In this document: one piece after another, positions 26,471-38,300 of the stretch
How positions within the stretch are numbered: the first letter of the stretch is position 1
How the letters are laid out: every line of letters begins with the position of its first letter
NCBI GenBank assembly: GCA_973895155.1
Contig: OZ316896.1
Location: 4,303,595 to 4,367,594 of the forward strand
Origin: Marsupella aquatica
Taxonomy: Eukaryota; Plantae; Marchantiophyta
DNA: 64,000 nt
Direction: 5' to 3'
The notes under the pieces: generated by a model
What the model was told of the DNA's origin: nothing
Databases searched by the model: none
Seen by the model: the letters and a program-made list of their open reading frames with translations, nothing else
Translations under genes and position numbers: made by a program

Positions 26471-27969
26471 TTAATACACTACAATATGCTGCTACTTTTT
26501 GGTATGGATTTATCAAACTTATATCGCTTCTGAAACCAGCTTTCACCATACTATAGCAAGGAATACCATATCCTCACATGGTGGGCCAAGGCCGGACGGC
26601 CGTCCACGCATAAGGGAGGCCCCAGGATACCCGGCGGTACAGTTCTGTGACCGGACAGGCGAGCGACTAATCAGCACCAGTAGTAGGTATCCGCCCACAG
26701 CATGAGGTGGGCCTCCCGGGACACCTGCCCGTTGTGACCAGAAAGGTACTATGCCGAAAGGGCAGGCATCAATTTAGGCAACTTTTTTTTCGGACTTTAA
26801 AGATTTTCTGTTCCAAACAGGTACTATTACACGTGTGTACCCGTCAACGGGTTGGTGTAGGGGCTCGCTCGCTCGTCTCCTCTGCCCAAGCGCCCCGGTA
26901 CATCTTTACCCCGGTCTGCCCGGCTCTGCCTCGTTCGGCTGTTGTCCCTGCTCTGCCTCTGCCCCGTCCTACCCGGTCCTGTCCTCCCCTGCCCTCCCCA
27001 TTTTCTATCAGTGAGTTTCCGCGGTCCCGCCTGCCCGCTTCGGTCTGCTTGACAGACCCTGACGGGGTCGTGCGTGTCAACAGAGAAAAAGGACGCGATG
27101 GGATTTAATAATTTATCCGTGACAATTGAGAATATTTCACGTCCGGAGGTACGGCGGTGTCTTTCACGAGTCGCCGTCTTAGTTAAGACGAAGATACTAA
27201 TGACAAGAATTGACGGCGAAGATTCCAAATCTCGGGAAGTGAGATGTCTGTGCAACAGACTGGAATTTGGTGATTTACAGTAGCATAGTATAGTTAACTT
27301 GGTTCAAGATTATCAAGTGCGAAAAAGCTTTTTGTGACTAACCTATCCCCCCAATAGGCTGAAATTGCTACTTGCTACCCGATTCTATTTTAATTGCCTT
27401 CTGCTCCCCCATTTCCTTTACTTCGTTAAACCACACCTGCCACTATAAAAGTCTCATTCCATGTCTCACTACTCACCATAAAAGGTGGAACACTACTTCG
27501 TTAAGCAAACCTCAGGTGCTAACCCAACATCGATGTGGCAAGGTGTGATTGGATAAGCCCTATCCTGGTTACAAGGGCTAATCGGGTTGCTCCCTCCCAG
27601 GCCCGACAGTCCTGCTAGGTCCAGCAAGCACTTTGGTGCCAGGCCTAACCCTCCCCTATCGCTCCTCGCCCTGGCCTCCTTTGTGCCTGCGGAGCACATT
27701 GCTGCCCCGACGATCCCCCAGGCCCGACAACTCCTTTGGCTGCAGCCTTGACTTGACTCAAAGAAATGGCAAGGCCCAATGACTACTTTGGCTGCAGCCC
27801 CAACTTCTCTTAAGAAAGGGCCACACCCGACAACCCCAACGCCTATGTCCATAGTTTTTGCCGGGAAAACAATTGTCAATGTTTACACTTTTGGGGTGTT
27901 GTCCCACTTTGTGGACCACCCTGTTGTACTCTTTGAATGGAATTCAATTGGATGTTTCAAGGCAAAAAT

Positions 27970-28312
27970 TGTTAGGTATTTACTCAAGGTCTAGGGTGAC
28001 GACATGTAACCATAGTTAGACTAACCGTAGTCAGAGACGTGGTTAGGTTAACTAGGATGCACACTATATGCCAAGCGGTGTTTGCTTGGATAAGTGGAAC
28101 TTAGGCTCATTGTTACGGAGCCACTTGAGAGATGAGGAGAGCTTACACTGTGGAAACTTGGTTTAGCCGACGGGCTTAGAGTTCAGTAAAGCTCTCTTGT
28201 GTGTTCCCGTGGACGTAGCCTCTAGGAGGTGAACCACATATCTCTTGTGTCGACTACTTGTGCGTTGGATGTGTCATGTGCTTACCGTTGCGAGTGTCGT
28301 CTATGCTCAACA
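27970..28312 (+). mobile_element. Solo LTR (343 bp) of the copia family at 55309-61842, nested in the MULE
   Basis: TGTTAG...CTCAACA termini with a 5-bp TSD AAAAT (27965-27969 / 28313-28317). Collinear with the reverse complement of the LTRs at 55309 and 61499 (e.g. GTGGAACTTAGGCTCATTGTTAC, GTGTGTTCCCGTGGACGTAGCCTC). Confidence 0.93.
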
Positions 28313-28799
28313 AAAATGTTAATACTTTTGAACTCGTATACACATTCCAACGTCGAAGGGAGGTAGGCGGTTGGGGGGGAGGGCGACAGTGGAGGGCAGC
28401 GGTAAGGGAAATGGCCTGGCTGTGAGATCCCCGACGTAGTAGCAGGTCACAGCAGTGCATCCTCCCAGGCCCAACATATTTCCTAGACCCACTTTCCCTC
28501 ACATAAATGGCCCAAATTGACATGTCCACATTTGAGCCTCGACAATAGAGACAGCAGCGTAGGTGGACTTTGACTTCCGAGGCTCCAGCAGTCCAAGAGA
28601 GAGAGAGGGCAGCAGCAAAAGTGGGAGCCAGGGTGAGCCTGAACAAAAATGAAGAACTGCTGTTGGTGTCAACAAGAAGTCCCTGTAGGTGTGTGGTTGT
28701 TCATGATTGAAACGTGATCAGTATCTTTAATTAAGGACTACCAATTGCTGTTGCTAATAACCCTCATAGAAATTGCTCTGTTGTGCTCTAGAAAATGGA

Positions 28800-30337
28800 A
28801 TCATGAGAGCCACTACAACTGAAAGTAGGCAGACCCCTTTAGAGTTGGGAGGAGCTCAAGAAAGGCATTGTTCATGATGGAGTGAGAACAAAGAGAATGA
28901 TTGTCACACAGAAGAAGGATCACAACAAGGGGCAGGTCATGTGTCAAATGAATGACAAGAGCCTTGGTAAAAAGCAATGTCACTGGCATCTTAAGGGCCA
29001 CAAAAAAGTCCAGAACCAAAACCATAACCATCACCCAAACACACTTGGATCACAGTTGACTCTTGTGAGGCTGCTGACCACTACAAACATAAAATGCACT
29101 CCAATTTTGACCGCCTTGCAGATTGGATATTGAATATCATTAGAAATAACGGCAAACTAGACCTTCACTTTTTAGAGATACAGCCCAGGCATTACTTCAT
29201 CCTGACATCAAATATCACACTGACTGCATACTCTGCAAACTAGGGATGTTTAAAGGGTCTAGATGGAGACTAAACTGAGTCCTTCAAGTTAATTCACGCT
29301 CATTGCCACCATATCCTAGAGGGTGATCCAGGGGCAGTAGCAAACATAGAGCTACTAATAGTCAATTGGATATGCTCTTTGTCTGTCATTCTGCTTCTAG
29401 GGAATAGTATTGTTTATTATTGTAGGCCAAAGATTGCTTTGGATGGCATCCACACATGGTGCATGTACCCTGGAATATTGTTGTTGGTCACCACACTAGA
29501 TGCCAATGATACTGTCATTGTGCTTACTTATTGTTGGTGCCATCAGAGAATGAGTCAAACTATATGTTGTTTTTGAACTTGTTGGATGCCATTCCAGACT
29601 TGAGCAAGCTAGGGACTGTATTTATTTTAGACAGGGAGAAAGGTTTGACTCATGGAGTGTCAAGCATTTTTCCCGCATGGGCATCCAGCGTATTGCACTT
29701 GGCATCTTGCAAAAATGTTCACAACACCATGGGAAAGAGATAAGGAAATTGTTTGAGAGCTTGGCTGCCTTACCAAATTTGGGATTATGCCTTGCAAAAA
29801 TGCTTTGAAAATAAATTTGGCTTTGAGAATCATAACCCCTTTCCCTCCCAACATCATGGCATATTTGAGGGAGTTTGAGGAGAAAGCAACTCATCTTACT
29901 GCCCACCCTTCAACTTAGTGAGAGATGAGAATTATTGATGATCAAAACATTCAGTACATTGTTCAGTTGGAACCTGAGTGGTCCTGTATTTGTGGAGAGT
30001 TTCGGGACACTCTTATGCCATGCATGCATGCATGCCTTGCGGGCCTTTACTAGATTTTACAAGAGACATTATGATTATGTCTCTCCATGGACACCTCGGA
30101 AACATTCAGAAAACCTATGAGGCTCATCTACCAACCTTGGTAAGGGGTGACTTGTTGCCAGACCCAAATTGTGGTCCCCTTTTGAAGAACCCCAGAGATG
30201 GACGTCCTATTGAGAGAGTGAGGATGCAAGTTGATGTTTCAGAAGTTTGTCATCTGCCTCGGAGGTGCACAATATGCAATGACCAAGGACATGATAACCG
30301 GAACTGTCCCTTGCATGAGGCAGCTCTAGCGGCATGA
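28800..30337 (+). pseudogene. MuDRA/MULE transposase pseudogene
   Basis: MuDR-like N-terminus (LKVG....SWEELKK), DDE region CRPKIALDG..., LDAND, SENE, DREKGL, SWIM remnant (MPCMHA) and C-terminal knuckle CTICNDQGHDNRNC. Multiple stops and frameshifts. Confidence 0.88.
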
Positions 30338-32544
30338 GCTGGGAGTATGGTGTAGGTTAATGATAATGGGATACTTGTAAAGACACATCAACAACTGGAC
30401 AGTGCTCACGAGTGACAATGATGACAGTGACGAGTTACATTTGTTGCACAGACAACAATGAAGGCAACAGTCACACTATAGTGGGTGTGGAACTCAGGAA
30501 AGCTGCAAATTTGGCAGCTTCTCTCCATTGCTATTGCCTGTAGAATCTCAGGTAACAAATCTTTGAAGCCCCTTATAATAGCTTGTACATTGTACACAGG
30601 CTTTTTTTTAACAATTTTGAGGAAGAAATATCACATGACAATGCTTCTAGTTTACAATGGAGTTCAATCTTCTCATGCAATGGAATTCAAGGTGCACACA
30701 CAATTACACTGAAAGATGTAAATTTTTATTGAGCCACAAAGTATATATCAGGGACATGCAGCATGGAATGTTCTAATGTCTATCTAGTATCTACATCTTA
30801 GATACTAGTCTACATCATGGGCGGATTTCCCCATGGAGCCCTTTTTGTGTTTGCCTTTTTACATATAATCTATTGTCTTTGCCCTTGTCTTGAAGGACTT
30901 GAACTTGCAATTATTATGTTTCTCACATTCAACCCATGTCTCATATGTGCCTGGCTAAAAACCACACAGAACCGCATAGAATGTCCGCTTCTGCCCTGGC
31001 ATCCATGTCAAGGCCGGGCTGTCCATATTTGGACTTGTGCTTCCCCTCAGCCAATTTGTTACGCTAGCCCTAAACCTAGACTCCCTCTGCCAATTTGTTC
31101 TGCCACCTTAAAAACTGAGTCCATGCTTGAGCCCTTAAGATATGAGGTTGTCCCTGGTTCAGCCTTTGTCAACTCCACCTTGGTTGTTGTTGCATGTCTC
31201 CAAGTCTGCCCCCCCCCCCCCGGCCCCCCCTCCCCCAATGTGTGTGACGGGAACTTTGTCCACTCACCCAATGTGTCTGGCCAGAGTTCAGGAGCATTTG
31301 AGCACTTGGTTAATGGTTGCAAACTCCATGTCCACTTCAATGAAATGATTGCAGACAGCAGTGCAAGTAGTCTTGAGCATGGTCAACCAGATCTGAGATG
31401 ACATGAAACAAGGTGGTAAACACTCTCAGTCAGGGTCGCCCAAATGCAGATCAAGAAAGCATGAATGAAGCTGGTAAGCTTTATCGTCATCTCGTTGGCC
31501 TTCACAGCCTCTCTTCCTTCCTAATGTCACCCTTGACCCTTGCCCTCCCACTGACTGCCCTTCCCTAAACTTGGAACAAACGTAGCCTGAAGATTTGAAT
31601 GTATACAGTACGTTTATGTGGGAACATTCAATCCATATTTTTGAAAACCAACGAGTTAGGAAGTCACAAACTGTTTGCGTGTTTGTCATTCCAACTTTGC
31701 CCTGCATTCACCTTCTCACAGGCTGTGGCTGCTCTCATACAGTGCTGCCCTTCCCCCACAATAGCCGCGGACAGTTACCCACCTCCCTTCAGCAGTTCAA
31801 TGTGTAAACAGCCTCAATTGTGTAAACATTCAAGTGTTTTTAGTTGGTAAAAAACTAGGGACGCAGGATCGGGGTTGTTGGGCCTGGTCTTTTCTTTGAG
31901 AAAAGTTGGGGCTGCAGCCAAAGTAGTTGTCAGGCCTGGGGGATCATCGGGGTAGCAATGTACTCCGCAGGCACAAAGGAGACCGGGGCATGGCGCGATA
32001 AGGGAGGGTTAGGCCTGGCACCAAAGTGCTTTGCTGTGCCTAGCAGGACCATCGGCCCGGGAGGGAGCAACCCAATTAGCCCTTGCAACCAGGGTATGGC
32101 ATATCCAATCACGCCTTGCCACATCGATGTTGGGTTAGCACCGGAGGTTTTCTTAACCACTTATACAAAATGGGGGAGCAGAAGGCAATTAAAATAGAAT
32201 GGGGGAGCAGCTAGCAATTTCAGCCAATTGGGGGATGGATTAGTAAAAACAGTTATTGGGGTTACTCATTTTCAACTTTAGTGGGTGGCCATTAAATGTT
32301 TTACTAACTAATTATTTTGTCATTTTCCAATACATTTTGCTCCTACAAATACCTGCCTAAAACATGTGTTTGATCCCAATTTCATCACTGGATGCACTTA
32401 ATGGTTTCTCATTATTAATATTCTCTTTCCATTTTACTGAAATTACGTTGTCCATGTTCACATATAAGTCAAATAATTAGTATTATGTAAGAACTAGCTT
32501 CACAACCAAATTAATGGTACTAACTCTGATTTTGTTGAAAATTA

Positions 32545-32815
32545 TCTTGAGTCCAAGTAATACTAATTCTTGTTGGTATTCCAACAACAACAAAAAGCAC
32601 ACTTTCATTTAAAGTGCTAGTACAAACGGGTAACCTTGAGTCCAAAGTAACACTAGTTGTTGTGGAATTTCCAAATTAAATAATTTTTTCTCCAACAATT
32701 TTCCACTCTTGAGACCAAAGGAACACTAGATTAGTTGGGCATAATTAGTGTTATAACAAAATCCGCGTAACACTAATTGATCGATAGAGCCCAAAAATGC
32801 CTCCTCTTGAATTAG
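32545..32815. repeat. Dispersed AT-rich repeat with AACACTA/TAGTGTT motifs; homologous copy at ~45745-46010
   Basis: Shared collinear blocks TTGAGT(C/A)CAAGTAATACTAATT, TGCTAGTACA, TTTTCCACTC(T/G)TGAGACCA and CATAA(T/A)TAGTGTTA. Confidence 0.7.
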
Positions 32816-33442
32816 GTGAGTGAACACCAATTACAGTACAGTGAGTATGGTAGTCAAATTAGTTCACATACCACCTACTTGTCAATGTTTGAATATTTGC
32901 AAGCAATATGTACAAGTTCTCTTGTTTTTATTATGGACCCCCATGACAAGTCTCTTAAAAAATTCCTGGCACGTGGTTGCTCCATGTCAGCATTTTCCGC
33001 CACAAACATGACTGACAATGTTTGCAATGACAAACAAACACGATCATTTATGTTTGTTGCAATGCCGGCAAAATCTGGTTAGACTCAGAGATGGTAAAGA
33101 CTTAGGAAATTTGAAAAATTAATGTGAAAAATAACAAAGAGTAGAGAAAAAAGTAACCAATTCTAATTGTTTTCTTTACTTTTCAAGTTAAAATAAACAA
33201 ATTATTTATATTCAATTGACATAACTCCACCAATGACCAATTCTAGCCGTTCAATCTGATGGATGAATGATTTGCTAACAAAGAGGATGGTGGACAACGG
33301 AGCACAACAATCACAAATTTTATTTATTTTTGGATTTCTTAGATCAATAACTTAGATCAAATGTTGATAATTAATGGTGACAGTGTGCACTTTAAACGGA
33401 TGGTGCTAAGTTAGTAAATTATTCTTTTGGGGTTTTTAAGAT

Positions 33443-33925
33443 GTTGTTTCTGTACACTGGGGTTAGCATGCTAGTTTAATTCAAAAAGAGTTGTTAGCCA
33501 TAATATTGTAGTGTCAAGCCTTCACATGCGGGTTCTAATGAAAGTGTGTAGTACCCTAATTTTGTTGTTTCTGTACACTGGGGTTAGCATGCTAGTTTAA
33601 TTCAAAAAGAGTTTTTAGCCATAATATTGTAGTGTCAAGCCTTCACATGCGGGTTCTAATGAAAGTGTGTAGTACCCTAATTTAGTTGTTTCTGTACACT
33701 GGGGTTAGCATGCTAGTTTAATTCAAAAAGAGTTTTTAGCCATAATATTGTAGTGTCAAGCCTTCACATGCGGGTTCTAATGAAAGTGTGTAGTACCCTA
33801 ATTTAGTTGTTTCTGTACACTGGGGTTAGCATGCTAGTTTAATTCAAAAAGAGTTTTTAGCCATAATATTGTAGTGTCAAGCCTTCACATGCGGGTTCTA
33901 ATGAAAGTGTGTAGTACCCTAATTT
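33443..33925. repeat. Tandem repeat, 4 x 121 bp, nearly identical copies
   Basis: Units start GTTGTTTCTGTACACTGGGG at 33443, 33564, 33685 and 33806. Only 1-2 differences between copies. Confidence 0.97.
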
Positions 33926-35324
33926 TCTAGTTTTGTATTGTATTTCATATGTGGTTTATAATGAAAGTGTGTACACTAATGTACAACTTTGGCTGGTAGA
34001 CTGGGTATCGAGGGGGGAATGTGCTCTCTGCTCGGGGTGTTGTGGGAAAATAAACTTAGCCTGTAGAACAAAGACCTAATGCCAAGCCAAACCAGGTAAA
34101 ACAAACAAAATGCACAAAACAAAATAAAAATGAGAGAAGACAATGAGGAAGGAATTAGGCAAAGGATAGAGGACCTTGGTGCAAAGACTTGCAAATGAGG
34201 CGTTTATGTAGCCACATTGCCCTTTGCCCCCAACACCTCTCTTCCCCATTGGGCTGTGTTGATTGCTAAACCTTAACTGCTGCCCTAATAAGTCTGGGTG
34301 AATTTGGTTTGTTTGCATCAATGGCAATAGGGGGCCTGCAGAATGTTGCAAAGTGAGCAAGCAGGCTTTGTTCCTCGGGCTCCTGATAGAGAGGCACATA
34401 TTCTAACTAATCTGGTAGGGGAAATTTTTAAGTAAGACTTCCCTTCAACACTATTTAAAGTACTACATCCAGCCCAATCCCAAAAGACTCTTGCTCGCCT
34501 GGGGCATGGCTGGCTGCTAGCCACGTGTCTGCCCACCCTGCCAGAGTATTTTCAAATTCAATTTGTTTTCCTCAACTAATCATATTGCAGGTTTGTTGTA
34601 GCATTTTGACGCCAAACATTGGCGGACTTAATCCAGAAAAGGATTCTTGATGCTGATTGTGCTTTCAACGAGTGCTCCTCCACATGCAAAAATTTCGAGT
34701 GCTTACTCAGGTCACCACAGTATTTGTATTCAAAGTAGTGGTTTAAGGAGTCACCAGCATATATTTTGGTGCCACTCATTACACGTTGGGTAAGCAAGCC
34801 AAGAAGTGAATCCAGCCTTGCGCAAGTCGATAGTGTGATGACGAAATAAGCCTAGCATCATCAAGTCAAACTAGCCAAGTGTTTTCGGACAACACGAACT
34901 AATACATTTGTTTTTATAGAATTACAGGGTACGTGGGTAGATTGTTGCATAAAATTGATCCTGTGAACTTTTACTTCCATGAACTGCTCTTTGATTGATA
35001 AAGTATGTTGCACAATGCTCCTCCAGTTCTACGGTTTCAGGTTTCGGGGAATTTTTATATGTCCTGCAGAACACAGCCTACGAATATCCGTACACGGGTA
35101 ACAGAAAACACTTCCCCGAAATCTTGAAGCTCGACTTCCTGTTCCAATAGCTAGCATACCCATCCAGCACGTGACTATCAACTGGATCCATCCAATGTCT
35201 AAAATAAGCCAGCATGACAATTGCATACCGGCAGTTGCCCCGGTCATCAAACTGCAAGGTCCTAACGTCGTCATCAACTCCAGAAAGGGCTTCCACAGGA
35301 GGGAGTCCCAAAACTGTGCCACTA

Positions 35325-38300
35325 CTAATAATATCCTGGATAATAGCCTTGGCTGGCAGGCTGGGGTATCGGCGGAGGAGGAGGTGCCCGGTATGCGAGC
35401 ACCCCTTGTGTAACTCTGCTGTTGAGAAACATCCTGATGGCGAGACAACAGAAATATCAGGCGCTGCCAAGATTTCACATGAGGTGCATTTCCATTACCA
35501 ATACGTGATTAAAAAACGGCAAATCTAAATGGAGTAAAATTCCACTTGCCAGAATTCGAAAAAGGAGGGAAAGCAACAATTGTCTATCAAACTATCCAAG
35601 ACCATGTTAGAAAGCGCTGACAGACCACCATCGATATTCCGAGCGCCTTAGGGGGTGATTTCACATAACCGTGCAAGGCAATGACTAACAAGAAACCCAC
35701 ACCCCTGAAATCAATTTTCCCAGAAAGACTTTATCCACCTATCTATTATTCCAGGGATTGCTCACCGTAGAGCATGCCATAACCTTGCGGTGTGGTCTTA
35801 GCACAATCACCATCCACCAGTGTTCCACCCGTTCACCTCCTGCTGCGAATATGGACCACCCATGCAACGAAATTAACGGACAGCTAACCCATTACCCTGG
35901 GGAAGATGTGTATGACAGGCCGTATGAATCGTGCACGACGGGTGATTGACAGGCGGACTCATGCATTACTGACGAATGGTTTGCAAGATGACACATCACA
36001 CCTAAAACAAGAGGGAAGAAAGAACCTGAGGGGGATATTGTTGGCCATATCCACCATAGGCAGCCTGTTGCTGAGGAGGTGGCTGTTGCTGGGGTGGGCC
36101 GTATCCTGCATATCCACCGTAAGCACCATAGCCTGCCTGCATGTCCTGATTCATTCCAAGAAAATGATATAAGCAGCCTACTTCCAATTCCAAGACATTG
36201 AGTTGAAGGGTGCAGTGGTGATGGGTAAATGACGCAAATCCAGGTTTTCTATAACGAGCCAGTAGTGTAGAAGTACAAGTCTTATTTCCCCGAGAAAAAA
36301 GGGACGCGCCAAAGGGAACACTTTCGGAAAGTAAAGTAACATTCAATGTACTACTCAACAACATACCTGCTGGCCCCCATATCCGGCATTCCACTGTTGA
36401 GGTTGGACAGGAGGAGCTTGCTGAGGAGGGGGCTGTTGCCAGCCCTGGGGCTGCTGCGCATATCCTTGAGGTGCATAACCAGCCCCCCATTGGGCTTGTC
36501 CGTTCGCATACGCAGGAGGCACCGGAGCAGGAGCTGCTACCGTGTGGGCTCCAGTGTATGGCTTATGAACTTTCACACGTTCAGTGATGTTGCTCTCCGG
36601 TGAGGGCCGTTTCTTAGATTCACCAGATGCCTTCCGAGGAGGGAACAATGTCTTGTGTCGGGTTTCGGCCTTTTTTATAGTCTGTATGTCACCGAAAAGA
36701 TCTACGACCTGGGAGGGCAACACATGCAACGGCATTCAAATCAAGACAGAACAAGGCTTTTTGGGGACCACATCACACTGCCTAAAAACTGAACAAGACA
36801 GAACAGAGTACCCAATATTAACGGGGCATTTAAAAAATCTCTCATCTGGCAGACTCGTGACAGACGTTTAGACCGCTATGCATCTGTAATAAATTATGTA
36901 TTCAATCAGATGTCCTACAGTTAGAAGTGAGAGATGACACTAACGCGAACAGAAAGCTCAGTTGTAAATGTACACTTTCATCGAGCAGCAACTGTGATCT
37001 CACCTCTAAATATATACTTGAAAGCTCCTCTCGGTCAGCGGCACTCAGACCTTGCGACCCGTCAGCTCTAGAAGGAGCCGTTGCGAGTTCTATCAGTGCA
37101 TCGAGGCGCAGAATCTGCTTATCTCCGGCGTGGATGGACTCAAAATGAATTACAGCCTACACGAGCCATATCCAGAGAGTCAACGTACAGCGCAGGACAA
37201 TAAAATGCTTCTTGGACCCAACTGGCTTGCAGGACCGATTCCGAACCTTACTCACCAGACACACAATACGTTCCTTGGAGCTAAAAATACAAAAACGAAT
37301 TATTAGGATCCACTATTTACTACATTATATTAGTACGTCAGGTAAACCTTTGAAGCAAGCAATCATTGATTACAAATGCCAATCACGATACCAAGAGGGT
37401 GAAAACACACCTCCCATAACAATTTCGACCGCGGCAATTGCTCCAATGCTGCGATGTAAGTTTCTCTAGCTTGATCTGTTCGTCCCGCGACCTACGCACA
37501 GGATGATGTATTCAGAAGATCAGAAAAATCTCAAACAAGCCCATCGTTGCTAAATCAACTATAAGACAAAAACCGCAGGGGTAAACAGATGCTAGACAGA
37601 ACTCAAAAAAGTAAGCACGGGGACCAAACCTGGTCAAGAAACCGAGCATATTGAATGTACAACAAAGGCAAGGCTCGTGATTCCTCCTTCGCCTTCTCCG
37701 CCTCGATGACGGTTGTAAATAGCTTGATTGCTGCTTCCACATTGCCCTGACGATGCTCAAAATTCGCGTGCTTAATGACAGCTTCCAGGAGCCCAGGAGC
37801 CAATTCAGTGTCTAGAAGCTCATACTCTGCACTGGCGCCTTTGATGTCACCTTGGCTCTCCTTAAACCTCGCTGAAAATAAATGAATCTCGGGTCGTCTC
37901 TGCAAACGAGATGATGATAAAAATCAATCGTTGAACAGAAAACATTGGAAATGATACACGTACGTTATTACTGCCAAACTTGTTAGAACACTCTCGGCGA
38001 GATATCCATTCATATAACAGAAATTGAGAAACAATCTGATATATAAATTAACAATCTCAGATACAACACAACTCGTGATCTTCAAGTGTAGCTTATCTCA
38101 GTAAAAGCTTGGAAGCCTCTCAATTGGGTGGACGAAACTAATGCGCATGAGTTGTATGGAATATAATCATTAAGAGCAGCTTCTTCTTTGTCGTCTAACT
38201 TATATTCTCACATTTCCTGTGACTGGTGTCTTCCATTCGTTGCATCTTCTTTCAAATAGAAAGAATACTTAGCAAAGATTTAGATGTATACACAAATACA

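Larger units (their letters stand above)
27336..32245 (+). mobile_element. Mutator-like element (MULE) with long (~440-bp) TIRs
   Basis: ~27336-27900 is the reverse complement of ~31805-32245 (e.g. ATTCTATTTTAATTGCCTTCTGCTCCCCCATTT / AAATGGGGGAGCAGAAGGCAATTAAAATAGAAT). Encloses a MuDRA-like transposase remnant. TSD not identified, so ends are approximate. Confidence 0.9.

Noticed and set aside
29950-30040. SWIM zinc-finger remnant as a linked SWS1 partner for SWSAP1
   Set aside because: It lies within the MULE transposase between the DDE domain and the knuckle, where SWIM is normal.
27493-32197. Paralogous-looking ORFs (GLGLAPKC...NPISPCNQ) at 27493-27879 and 31958-32197
   Set aside because: They are translations of the two MULE TIRs, not a gene pair.
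35029-35478. 149-aa and 130-aa minus-strand ORFs as separate genes
   Set aside because: They overlap the PRP39 last exon and 3'UTR in alternative frames and have no domain.
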